Positions 36,773 through 45,784 of a stretch of DNA of 64,000 bases are shown piece by piece (within the stretch, counting starts at the first letter, position 1; each line of letters opens with the position of its first letter). Below the pieces are notes generated by a model, which saw nothing but the letters and a program-made list of their open reading frames with translations, was not told the origin of the DNA and did no database searches. Made by a program: the position numbers and the translations under genes. The DNA is from Acidobacteriota bacterium (GTDB lineage: Bacteria; Acidobacteriota; Aminicenantia; Aminicenantales; Saccharicenantaceae): assembly GCA_028749205.1 (NCBI GenBank), contig JAQULR010000008.1, positions 2,672-66,671 on the forward strand, given 5' to 3'.

Positions 36773-38158
36773 TCACCTAAAGCGCCTAAAAATTCTGGCT
36801 GTTTCCGCATAGGCTTCCAGGGTTCTGTCTATATCTTCGGGAGTATGAGCCGCTGACAGGCAGCCTCCTCCGTGAACCACATGAACTCCCTTGATGAGTA
36901 AAGCCAGTTTTAAAGCTTCTTCTCGCAGTCTAACTTCTGATCGGTTGGGATTCCAGAGATCTTCCGGACAGTTATAAGTAATCTTTTTCCTGGGGAAATT
37001 TACCATGAAAAATGAACTATCTTGGACTATTTCATTACCATAGCCTGTGCAAACTGCCTCAATTCCTTGCTCCAGAAAAACTCTCTCGATACCCTTTCTT
37101 AATCTCTCAGCCTGCTGTCCTAAGTAGCTAAATATCTGCCCCTCATTTTCAACAAGATACCTTATCATAGCCAGACCGGCTCTCATATATCCTTCATGGG
37201 AAGAAAAAGTTCCGCCTTCAAAATGAACTCTAGCTCTGCCTTTGGTGGTCTTCTCGCAACCTTCCATAATCTTAGAGCGACCTACCACCGCCGCTACCGC
37301 CTGGCCACCTCCAATCAACTTACCAAACAAAGAGATATCCGGCTTGATTCCATAAAGCCTCTGAAGGCCAGAAGCACAGAAATGAAAACCTGAGATTATC
37401 TCATCAAAGATTAGGACAACACCGTAGCGATCAGCCAGGCTGCGGGCTAACCTAAGATATTCCTTCGAGCAAAACAGGAATCCGCCCACACCAATGAACG
37501 GTTCCAGAATAAAAGCGGCTAATTTGGGACCATATTTTTTAAAAGTCTTGCTCAGATGCTCACAGTCATTGAACTTGGTGACAATTAATTTCCGATGAAA
37601 ATCAGAAGGCAAGCCTGCTGAATCATGGTTCTTAAAGCCTGAATCCGGGTGGTACTTTACTCCCTTAAGCAAGAAGGGTGAAGCTCCATGCCAGCCCCCA
37701 CCAATTTTCAGGAGGTAGTCCCGCCCAGTGTGGCCCATAGCCAGCATAACTGCATAGGTGGCGGCCAGCGTTCCAGAGGTGGTAAATCGAACCTTAAGTC
37801 CTGACTGCCCGAGACTGGAAACTATTTCTTCAGCCAGCTCTACCTGGGAAAGGCTTTCAAGCCCGGTATGAAAAGCTCCTTGGTTAAAATATGGTTCAAT
37901 AGCCTGGCGAATAAATTCGGGGTTATGACCCAGGATGTTAGCATAATGGCCCTGCCAGTAATCAAGATAACGGTTGCCATCAACGTCTATCACTTCAGCT
38001 CCCCGGGCTGAATAAGGGAAAAAAGGATAAGGTTTCCAGAGCCGGAGACTATGACTTCCTCCTCGAATCATTACCCTGGAAGCCCTTTTAAATAGCTCCA
38101 GACTCCTTGGGGTTCTCACCTTATATTCTTTTTCCAAATAATTGAACAGTTTATTCAT
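36773..38158 (-). CDS. class III aminotransferase, glutamate-1-semialdehyde aminomutase-like
   Basis: DGNRYLDY, FDEIISGF and the PLP-lysine motif FGKLIGGG. It diverges from canonical HemL in the N-terminal GGVNSPVR region (here GGSHSLR). Confidence 0.8.
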   Translation of the reverse strand: MNKLFNYLEKEYKVRTPRSLELFKRASRVMIRGGSHSLRLWKPYPFFPYSARGAEVIDVDGNRYLDYWQGHYANILGHNPEFIRQAIEPYFNQGAFHTGLESLSQVELAEEIVSSLGQSGLKVRFTTSGTLAATYAVMLAMGHTGRDYLLKIGGGWHGASPFLLKGVKYHPDSGFKNHDSAGLPSDFHRKLIVTKFNDCEHLSKTFKKYGPKLAAFILEPFIGVGGFLFCSKEYLRLARSLADRYGVVLIFDEIISGFHFCASGLQRLYGIKPDISLFGKLIGGGQAVAAVVGRSKIMEGCEKTTKGRARVHFEGGTFSSHEGYMRAGLAMIRYLVENEGQIFSYLGQQAERLRKGIERVFLEQGIEAVCTGYGNEIVQDSSFFMVNFPRKKITYNCPEDLWNPNRSEVRLREEALKLALLIKGVHVVHGGGCLSAAHTPEDIDRTLEAYAETARIFRRFR

Positions 38159-38318
38159 TTTACAATTATCCCCTACGGGAGTATTATGATTTTAACTACC
38201 ATATTTTTTGAATAATAGAAATTATTAAAAAGAAGTTAATTTAAGCTCAATATTCCAGTAAAGTCAATCAAAGCCAGAGATCGGAGGGCGAAAGCTTGAA
38301 TTAATGTTTAAATTATAT

Positions 38319-38341
38319 TATTCTTATAAGAATAGTATAAT
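38319..38341 (+). promoter_or_regulatory. perfect 16-bp palindrome abutting a consensus -10 box
   Basis: TATTCTTATAAGAATA (38319-38334), then G, then TATAAT (38336-38341), about 40 nt upstream of the ATG at 38381. Confidence 0.4.
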
Positions 38342-38380
38342 TAAAAATTTTAGTCACCTACTAAAAAAGGAGAGGTCAAA

Positions 38381-39076
38381 ATGCAACTATTAAATGAAGA
38401 AGTCAGAGATTTCACCACAAAGAAATTTGAACAGGAACTGGTCAATCCAGTTAACCTGGTTTTTTTTATGAAAGAAAAAAGTCCTTTGATCTTGCCTGGA
38501 AAGGAAGCTGCTGAAGAGGCTTCAGGTCTCTGTCCCGAAACCGGACAGCTTCTGAAAGAACTGTCTGAGCTTTCAGATAAGATAAAGCTAACCACCTATG
38601 ATCTGGAAAAAGAACCGACTAAGGCCGCCGAACTTCAGATAGATAAAGTCCCGGCTATCATTGTCATGAATGAGGAGGATGTTGGCATTCGCTTTTTCGG
38701 CATCCCTTCTGGCTATGAATTCACCAGTCTTCTGGAAGCCATAGTTGATGTCAGCCGTGGTTCTTCTGATTTAAGCGAAGAAACCAGACAAGCTTTGAAG
38801 AATCTCAAAAATGAAGTCAATATTCAAATTTTTGTCACCCCCTCCTGTCCCTACTGCCCGATGGCAGTCCGGTTAGGCCATAAGATGGCTTTGGAGTCGC
38901 CACTGGTTCGGGCGGCTATGATAGAAGCCACTGAATTTCCTGAGCTGGCTCAAAAACACCAGGTTTTTGGAGTGCCAAAGTCTATTTTTAATGAAAATCT
39001 GGCTCTTGAGGGAGCGGTCCCAGAAGAAATGTTTTTAGAGCAGGTTATTCAAGCTGGGGGTCAGAAAGGCCGCTGA
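38381..39076 (+). CDS. glutaredoxin-like protein disulfide oxidoreductase (two thioredoxin folds)
   Basis: 231 aa. CPYC active site in FVTPSCPYCPMAV, and VFGVP near the C-terminus. The layout resembles the PDO family of thermophiles. Confidence 0.7.
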   Translation: MQLLNEEVRDFTTKKFEQELVNPVNLVFFMKEKSPLILPGKEAAEEASGLCPETGQLLKELSELSDKIKLTTYDLEKEPTKAAELQIDKVPAIIVMNEEDVGIRFFGIPSGYEFTSLLEAIVDVSRGSSDLSEETRQALKNLKNEVNIQIFVTPSCPYCPMAVRLGHKMALESPLVRAAMIEATEFPELAQKHQVFGVPKSIFNENLALEGAVPEEMFLEQVIQAGGQKGR

Positions 39077-39177
39077 ACCCTGGAAGTAAAACTAAGTTTT
39101 TTAATATCAATCAGATATTGGTTATTTCGCCCTAAAAAATTGACAGCTAAAAGTCTGGTGTTATAATTATCAGAGTT

Positions 39178-40476
39178 ATGACTATAACAAAAAAGCCCAA
39201 ACCTAAAAAGAAGGTCTGCGTGGTTGGTCTGGATGGTGTTCCCTATTCCATGCTGGTAGAGCTGGCCAAATCGGGAGTGATGAGCACAGTGGCCCGGCTG
39301 CTGGATATTGGCCACCTGCACCAGATAAAAGCCAGTCTCCCGGAAATTTCGGCGGTTTCCTGGACCAATTTTATGACTGGAACTAATCCTGGGAATCATG
39401 GAATTTTCGGTTTTACTGATTTTAAACCCGGGACCTATGATCTCAAATTCCCTAGCTTTTTAGACCTGAAGGTAGATACCATTTGGGACCTTCTGGCTCA
39501 GAATGGCTTAAAAAGCATCGTTATCAATCAACCTTCGACCTATCCTGCTAGGAAAATTAACGGGGTGATCGTTTCAGGTTTTGTGGCCATAGATCTGTCT
39601 CGATCGGTTTTCCCTCCTGATTATTTCTCTGTTTTGGAGCAAATGGGTTATCAGATTGATGTCGATTCAGCCAAAGTAGCCGAAAATCCCTCTATTCTTT
39701 GGCCAGAAGTGTCCAAGACTATGGCCAGTCACCAGAAAGCTCTCAATTATTTCTGGGATCAAGACTGGGATTACTTTGAGTTTGTCATAACCTGTACCGA
39801 CCGGGTTCACCATTTCCTATGGGATGCCTATGAACAGAAAAATCATCCTTACCGTCAACCCTTTTTCGATTTCTACCAGCAGGTGGATCGAATAATCGGG
39901 AAAATTCTTAATACTTTTAAAAAAATGGGTCAAGCTGAAGAAAACTTTTTTCTGCTTTCAGACCATGGTTTTACCGGTATTACCCAGGAAGTTTTCCTGA
40001 ATGCCTGGCTGGAGCAGGAGGGTTATCTTTCTTTTAATAACAATGACCCTAAGACTCTAAATGACATTTCTAACAAAACAGTGGCTTTTGCCCTTGACCC
40101 TAACCGTATCTACTTAAACCTGAAGAAAAAATTCCCCCGGGGAGGAGTAGAAAAATCTGATAAAAAAGCAATTAAAGGAGAAATTGCCGAGAAACTCTTT
40201 AAATTGGAGTTCAACGGGCAAAAGGTCATTCGGCAGGTTTTCAAATCCGAAGAAATTTATAAGGGGAAATATGCCTCCCGCGGCCCCGACCTGGTGGTGG
40301 TTTCAGAGCCCGGCTTTGACCTGAAAGGTTCCTTAAGAAAGAAAGAAGTTTTTTCACGGAGCTACCTGCAAGGAATGCATACCTGGGATGATGCTTTTTT
40401 CTGGTCAATGGAAGACCATGGTCCCAATCTGGCTATAGAAAATCTAGCCAGGATCATCTTGAAAAGATTTAAATGA
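39178..40476 (+). CDS. alkaline phosphatase superfamily, NPP-type phosphodiesterase (short form, no signal peptide)
   Basis: VVGLDGV, SLPEISAVSWTNFMTGTNPGNHGIFGF, LLSDHGF and GMHTWDD metal/nucleophile motifs. The stop overlaps the next start (ATGA). Confidence 0.75.
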   Translation: MTITKKPKPKKKVCVVGLDGVPYSMLVELAKSGVMSTVARLLDIGHLHQIKASLPEISAVSWTNFMTGTNPGNHGIFGFTDFKPGTYDLKFPSFLDLKVDTIWDLLAQNGLKSIVINQPSTYPARKINGVIVSGFVAIDLSRSVFPPDYFSVLEQMGYQIDVDSAKVAENPSILWPEVSKTMASHQKALNYFWDQDWDYFEFVITCTDRVHHFLWDAYEQKNHPYRQPFFDFYQQVDRIIGKILNTFKKMGQAEENFFLLSDHGFTGITQEVFLNAWLEQEGYLSFNNNDPKTLNDISNKTVAFALDPNRIYLNLKKKFPRGGVEKSDKKAIKGEIAEKLFKLEFNGQKVIRQVFKSEEIYKGKYASRGPDLVVVSEPGFDLKGSLRKKEVFSRSYLQGMHTWDDAFFWSMEDHGPNLAIENLARIILKRFK

Positions 40477-42689
40477 GATTTAGAAACGGAGACATTTTAA
40501 ATAATAGTTATCTCCCAAAACCTCGTCGCCATTTTTGGCTTTGCCTAATTCTCCTGATTCTCAGCTTCAATTCCACGGCCTTAGCTTATATCGGGCCAGG
40601 TGCTGGTTTTGCTTTCCTGTCATCTTTTCTGGTATTTTTCCTGGCCTTTTTTGCGGCTATTTTTTCTATTTTCAGCTGGCCCTTTCGCTTACTCATCAGG
40701 GTTCTAAAAGGTCAAAAAGCTTATAAGAACAGCCTGGTCAATCGGGTTATAATTTTGGGTTTTGATGGTATGGACCCGGTTCTAGCAGAAAAGTTTATGT
40801 CAGAAGGGAAATTGCCCAACCTCAACCGTCTGAGGAAAGAAGGCGCTTACGGTCGATTACGAACAACAACTCCAGCTATATCTCCAGTAGCCTGGTCTTC
40901 ATTCATGACCGGTTGTGAACCTTCCAAACATAATATCTTTGATTTCCTCAGCCGCAACCCAAAAAATTATCTGCCAGATTTATCCTCAGCCAGAATCGGG
41001 CCTCCGAAAAGATTCATCTCAATTGGTAAATACCGCTTTCCTCTTGGAAAGCCTGAAATTAAATTACTCCGTAAGAGCCAACCTTTCTGGAAACTCTTGG
41101 GGCAGCAGGGAATTTTTTCCACGGTTTTAAGAGTTCCCATCACCTTTCCGCCAGAAAAATTCGCCGGTCATCTTCTTTCAGGCATGTGTCTGCCAGACCT
41201 GAAAGGCAGCCAGGGAACTTTTCTCTTTTATACTTCTGATCCTCAAAGAATTGGGCAAAAGGAAGGCGGGCAAACTCTATTGGTCAAGCTGGAAGGTCAA
41301 ACTATCAGAACTTATCTTAGCGGTCCTGAAAATTCTATTCTGAAAAAGCCTGAGGAAATCAGACTGCCGATGACTATAACCTTAAATCCTGAAAAAGACT
41401 CGGCCATGGTTGAAGTTTCCGGACAGAATTTTGAGTTGAAAAAGGGACTGTTCTCCCCATGGGTCCGACTCACCTTTCCAGCTGGTCTGGGAATGAAAAT
41501 TCAGGGTATTGCCAAATTTTACCTGGTGAGTCTGAAGCCTCATTTCGAACTTTATGTATCTCCACTCAACATTGACCCGGAAAAGCCGGCTTTACCCATT
41601 TCCCATCCGTTCATATATGCTCCCTATTTAGCCAAAGTTTTTGGCAATTATGTGACCTTAGGAGAAGCCAATGACACCTGGGCCTTAAACGAAGGTGTTT
41701 TGCCAGAAAAAGCTTTTCTGGAGCTGGCTTATTCCTTTCATCATGATTGGGAAAATATTTTCTTCAATGGCCTGAAAAAAACCAGGAAAGGTCTGGTAGT
41801 CTGTGTTTTCGAAACTACTGACAGTATTCAGCATATGTTTTGGCGCTACCTGGACAAAACTCACCCTGCCTATCAAACCACGGCCACGTTGTCTGAGGGC
41901 AATCGGGTGATAGAAGAGCTTTATTGTAAAATGGATGCTTTAGTTGGAGAAGTGCTGGAACAAATTGATAACAAGGCCTGTCTTTTCATTATGTCCGACC
42001 ATGGCTTTAAAGCCTTTCGCCGAGGAGTAAACCTCAATTCCTGGCTATATCTCAATGGTTATCTTAAACTTAAACCAGAAGCCAGTTTTAGTGAAGAATG
42101 GTTCAAACAAGTTGACTGGGGCCAGACCAAAGCTTATGCTCTCGGCTTGGCCGGAATTTACCTTAACCTCAAGGGCCGAGAAGCTCATGGAATCGTAGAG
42201 CCAGGCCCGGAGAGCTTAAAGCTCAAGCAGGAGCTTATGGAGAAGCTCTCCGGCTTTAGAGATCAAGAAAAAGGCCAAATAGCCATAAACCGGTTAATAG
42301 ATACAGAAAAAATATACAACGGTCCCTACCGGGACAACTCTCCTGACTTAATAGTAGCTTATAATCAGGGATATAGAGCTTCTTGGGATTCGGTGGTCGG
42401 CAAAGTCAACCAGACAGTTTTCGAAGATAACAAAAAAGCCTGGTCGGCTGACCACTGTTTAGACCCCGAGGTAGTTCCAGGTGTCTTTTTCAGCAACTTC
42501 AAGCTACAATCTGAAAAACCTGGTATAATGGATATTGCGCCGACTGTTCTGGATCTTTTTGGGATTAAAGCTCCAGCTTATATGGATGGACAATCGCTCT
42601 TTTCCAGTCAAAAAGACAAACCTATAGCTGAGACTAAAAGTTCTCAGCAGAAAAAGGCCAAAAGAGATGGGCAGAATAAAAAACGATGA
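40473..42689 (+). CDS. alkaline phosphatase superfamily, NPP-type phosphodiesterase (long form, N-terminal membrane anchor)
   Basis: Two N-terminal hydrophobic helices. ILGFDGMD, TTTPAISPVAWSSFMTG..P..HNIFDF, IMSDHGF and SADHCLDP motifs. Insert of about 250 aa containing YVSPLNIDPEKPALPISHP. Confidence 0.75.
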   Translation: MRFRNGDILNNSYLPKPRRHFWLCLILLILSFNSTALAYIGPGAGFAFLSSFLVFFLAFFAAIFSIFSWPFRLLIRVLKGQKAYKNSLVNRVIILGFDGMDPVLAEKFMSEGKLPNLNRLRKEGAYGRLRTTTPAISPVAWSSFMTGCEPSKHNIFDFLSRNPKNYLPDLSSARIGPPKRFISIGKYRFPLGKPEIKLLRKSQPFWKLLGQQGIFSTVLRVPITFPPEKFAGHLLSGMCLPDLKGSQGTFLFYTSDPQRIGQKEGGQTLLVKLEGQTIRTYLSGPENSILKKPEEIRLPMTITLNPEKDSAMVEVSGQNFELKKGLFSPWVRLTFPAGLGMKIQGIAKFYLVSLKPHFELYVSPLNIDPEKPALPISHPFIYAPYLAKVFGNYVTLGEANDTWALNEGVLPEKAFLELAYSFHHDWENIFFNGLKKTRKGLVVCVFETTDSIQHMFWRYLDKTHPAYQTTATLSEGNRVIEELYCKMDALVGEVLEQIDNKACLFIMSDHGFKAFRRGVNLNSWLYLNGYLKLKPEASFSEEWFKQVDWGQTKAYALGLAGIYLNLKGREAHGIVEPGPESLKLKQELMEKLSGFRDQEKGQIAINRLIDTEKIYNGPYRDNSPDLIVAYNQGYRASWDSVVGKVNQTVFEDNKKAWSADHCLDPEVVPGVFFSNFKLQSEKPGIMDIAPTVLDLFGIKAPAYMDGQSLFSSQKDKPIAETKSSQQKKAKRDGQNKKR

Positions 42690-44679
42690 GGCTCTGAAAC
42701 GCCGTGAGTTTCTTCAGTTGATACTTGGCAGTTCTGTCGGTTTGTTTCTGAGCCCGGCTCAAGCCTTTATGCGAACCACTGGGCAGAAGGAAACCGAGCT
42801 TAAAGTTCTAGCCCTCGGGTTTGATGGAATGGACCCAAATCTGGTTAATAGGTACTTAAAAGAAGGTAAACTCCCTTATTTCCAAAAGCTGGCTGCTTCC
42901 GGCAGCTTTTTACCACTTCAGTCCAGCCTACCCCCACAAAGTCCAGTAGCCTGGGCTAATTTCATAAACGGAACTGACCCCGGGGGTCACGCCATTTTTG
43001 ATTTCGTTCACAGGGACCCGAAAAATTATCTTCCGATTTTTTCAGCTTCAGAGAGCCTGCCATCAGAACACAATCTGAAGCTGGGAAAACTGATTGTTCC
43101 CATCTCGGGTGGAGAAATAAGGAATCTACGCCAGGGAAGAGCTTTCTGGCAGATTTTGGAAGACTATGACATTCCATCGACTATTTTTAAGATTCCGTCT
43201 AATTATCCCCCGGTAGAAACCAAGCAGAAAACTCTTTCTGGTATGGGCACACCGGACCTTAAAGGATACTACGGGCTTTTTAACTATTACACCAATGAAT
43301 ACAAAACGGTGACTGAAGAATATGGCGGTGGCGGACGAGTGCACGATGTCTATGTCATCGGAAACCGGGTAGAAGCCAGAATCCCTGGGCCCAATAATCC
43401 CTTCAAAGAAGGCCACCCCGAAACCTATGTAAATTTTAAGGTTTTTTTAGATCCGGTTAATCCGGTAGCCAAGATTCAATATCAAGATCAAGAATTTATT
43501 CTGAGAGAAAAGGAATGGAGCGACTGGAAGAAAATCAGGTTCGAGTTCATTCCTACCCAGAGTGTTAGCGGAATTTGCCTGTTTTACCTAAAAGAGCTCA
43601 GGCCGAAATTTAAGCTCTATGTCAGCCCAATCAATATTGACCCGGCCGAACCAGCCTTACCTATTAGCACTCCCGAAAGTTATGCCCGGGAGCTAGCCAG
43701 AAAATTCGGCCCCTTTTTCACTAAAGGACTGCCCGCTGATACGGCCGCTTTAGAAAACGATATCCTGGATGAAAAAGAATTCCTCTATCAGGATGACCTG
43801 ATTTATCAGGAATCAATGGCCATGCTGGAAGAAGAGCTCAAGAACTTCCACTCTGGTCTACTATTTTATTATTTCTCTAATACCGACCAGCGCCAGCACA
43901 TGTTTTTCCGACTGATTGACCGCAACCATCCAGCTTATGATGAAAATCTGGCTAAAGAATTTGGACAGGTAATTGAAAATACTTATAGGGAAATGGATAA
44001 AGCCCTACAACTAGCCATGGAAAAGGTTGACCGGCGGACGTTAATAATAGTAATGTCAGACCATGGCTTCTGTCCATTCCGCCGAGGTTTCAATCTGAAT
44101 ACCTGGCTTCTAAGGAATGGGTATCATTACCTCAGGCCAGGCCTGAGACCAGAAGAAGTTACTCTTTTCCAGACTACGGATTGGGCCAGGACCAGAGCCT
44201 ATGGGGTTGGGTTGAATGCTCTTTACCTCAACCTTAAAGGACGGGAAGCTCAGGGCATCGTTAGCCCAGAAGAGAAGGGGGCTCTGCTTAAAGAATTAGC
44301 TTCTAAGCTGGAACAGGTAACTGACCCTTTGACCGGAGAAAGGGTTATTCTTAAAGCTTACCTCAGCCAGGAAGTCTTTCGTGGCCCTTATGTTTCTGAG
44401 GCACCTGATATTATCCTTGGCTTTAATCGCAATTATCGCATTTCCTGGAACTCACCCCTGGGAAACTTTCCGAGAGAAATAATTGAAAGCAACCCGCAGA
44501 AATGGAGCGGCGACCATATGGCTGCCCCCGGGTTAATTCCCGGAATTCTTCTGGCCAATGAGCCAGCTAGACTACAAGACCCAGCCCTGGAAGACATCAC
44601 CGCCGGAATTTTATCTGCTTTTGCTGTAAAAATTCCCCCCGAAATTACTGGCCGACCAGCTTTTGGAAAGCCAGATTAA
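42667..44679 (+). CDS. alkaline phosphatase superfamily, NPP-type phosphodiesterase (long form, twin-arginine signal)
   Basis: Tat-like KRREFLQLILGSSVGLFLSPAQA. ALGFDGMD, SSLPPQSPVAWANFINGTDPGGHAIFDF, VMSDHGF and SGDHMAAP motifs. Insert containing YVSPINIDPAEPALPISTP. The 5' end overlaps the preceding gene by 23 nt. Confidence 0.75.
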   Translation: MGRIKNDEALKRREFLQLILGSSVGLFLSPAQAFMRTTGQKETELKVLALGFDGMDPNLVNRYLKEGKLPYFQKLAASGSFLPLQSSLPPQSPVAWANFINGTDPGGHAIFDFVHRDPKNYLPIFSASESLPSEHNLKLGKLIVPISGGEIRNLRQGRAFWQILEDYDIPSTIFKIPSNYPPVETKQKTLSGMGTPDLKGYYGLFNYYTNEYKTVTEEYGGGGRVHDVYVIGNRVEARIPGPNNPFKEGHPETYVNFKVFLDPVNPVAKIQYQDQEFILREKEWSDWKKIRFEFIPTQSVSGICLFYLKELRPKFKLYVSPINIDPAEPALPISTPESYARELARKFGPFFTKGLPADTAALENDILDEKEFLYQDDLIYQESMAMLEEELKNFHSGLLFYYFSNTDQRQHMFFRLIDRNHPAYDENLAKEFGQVIENTYREMDKALQLAMEKVDRRTLIIVMSDHGFCPFRRGFNLNTWLLRNGYHYLRPGLRPEEVTLFQTTDWARTRAYGVGLNALYLNLKGREAQGIVSPEEKGALLKELASKLEQVTDPLTGERVILKAYLSQEVFRGPYVSEAPDIILGFNRNYRISWNSPLGNFPREIIESNPQKWSGDHMAAPGLIPGILLANEPARLQDPALEDITAGILSAFAVKIPPEITGRPAFGKPD

Positions 44680-44712
44680 AATACCAGATTAAAATAATAG
44701 AAAGGACTAGTA

Positions 44713-44904
44713 ATGAGCAAGACCAAAATAAAAATTGATAAAGACCTTTACCAGAAAGTTGAAAAAATAGCCGAAGCCGCAGGTTACAGCTCTACCGAGG
44801 AATTTATCTACCACCTCCTGGAAAAAGAAATCGCTAAGTTTGAGGGGGCCGATTCAGAAGAAGAAATTAAAAAAAGACTTAAAGGTCTTGGTTATATTTC
44901 TTGA
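44713..44904 (+). CDS. small hypothetical protein, possibly ribbon-helix-helix
   Basis: 63 aa. KIKIDKDLYQKVEKIAEAAGYSSTEEFIYHLLEKEI fits a strand-helix-helix pattern. It is tightly packed between operon genes. Confidence 0.45.
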   Translation: MSKTKIKIDKDLYQKVEKIAEAAGYSSTEEFIYHLLEKEIAKFEGADSEEEIKKRLKGLGYIS

Positions 44905-44925
44905 AGTTAACAGAAATTAAAGTCC

Positions 44926-45756
44926 ATGATCTGGTGGTTAAATAGCGCAGTAGGTACCCTAATTAAAATAATATTCCTACCTTTTCAAAATTTTTCACTC
45001 TGGGTAGCAATGATACTAATTTCGTTTTTAACTGCCCTGTTGATGTTATTCATCTACAAGAAAACCTCTAACCAGGCGGCCATCAAGCAGGTCAAGAGCC
45101 AGATTAAAGCCAGCCTGTTGGAATTGCGGTTGTATCAGAATGATTTCAGAACCTTACTCTCCAGTCAGAAAGAACTTTTAACGGCCAACTGGCGCTACCT
45201 GCTTCTTAATTTTAAGCCACTGCTCATTATGATAATTCCCATTTTTCTTATTCTGGCTCAGCTTAATCTGTGGTTTAACTATAAGTCTATTCAGCCTGGT
45301 GAAACTTTTCTCTTAAAAGTCAAGTTTATAGACGAAGTGGATATGGAAGGAATTAATCTGGATCTAAAAGCTCCCAAAGGCCTGACTGTCGAAACTCCGG
45401 TCTTGAGAATAATAGATGAAAAAGAAGCTGATTGGAGGCTGAGGTTAGAAGATCAAGTTTCAGAAGCTCTGATCATCACAGTCAACGGTCAAAGGTTTCA
45501 GAAAGAAATTCCGTCTATCAAAAATAGTTTAGGCCGGGTTTCTACAATCAGAGTTAGAAAAAACCTCTGGCAGGAATTGCTTTACCCCGGAGAAAAACCC
45601 TTGCCTGCTGAGTCCGTTATCAAAAGGATCGAAGTGGTCTATCCTGAACAGAGACTTAATTGCCTGGGAATAGGATTCCACTGGTTAGTAGCTTATTTCC
45701 TCCTATCTATAATCTTCGGGCTCGCCTTAAAGAGACCTTTTAAGGTAGAAATTTAA
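44926..45756 (+). CDS. 3-TM membrane protein with Oxa1/DUF106-like TM1, basic coiled coil and TM2, plus an inserted soluble domain
   Basis: TM1 (WVAMILISFLTALLMLFIY), then KKTSNQAAIKQVKSQIKASLLELRLYQ...SQKELL, then NFKPLLIMIIPIFLILAQL. A beta-rich domain of about 130 aa follows, then a C-terminal TM (FHWLVAYFLLSIIFGLAL). Confidence 0.55.
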   Translation: MIWWLNSAVGTLIKIIFLPFQNFSLWVAMILISFLTALLMLFIYKKTSNQAAIKQVKSQIKASLLELRLYQNDFRTLLSSQKELLTANWRYLLLNFKPLLIMIIPIFLILAQLNLWFNYKSIQPGETFLLKVKFIDEVDMEGINLDLKAPKGLTVETPVLRIIDEKEADWRLRLEDQVSEALIITVNGQRFQKEIPSIKNSLGRVSTIRVRKNLWQELLYPGEKPLPAESVIKRIEVVYPEQRLNCLGIGFHWLVAYFLLSIIFGLALKRPFKVEI

Positions 45757-45784
45757 AATTACTTTAAGAGAGGAATAGAAAATA

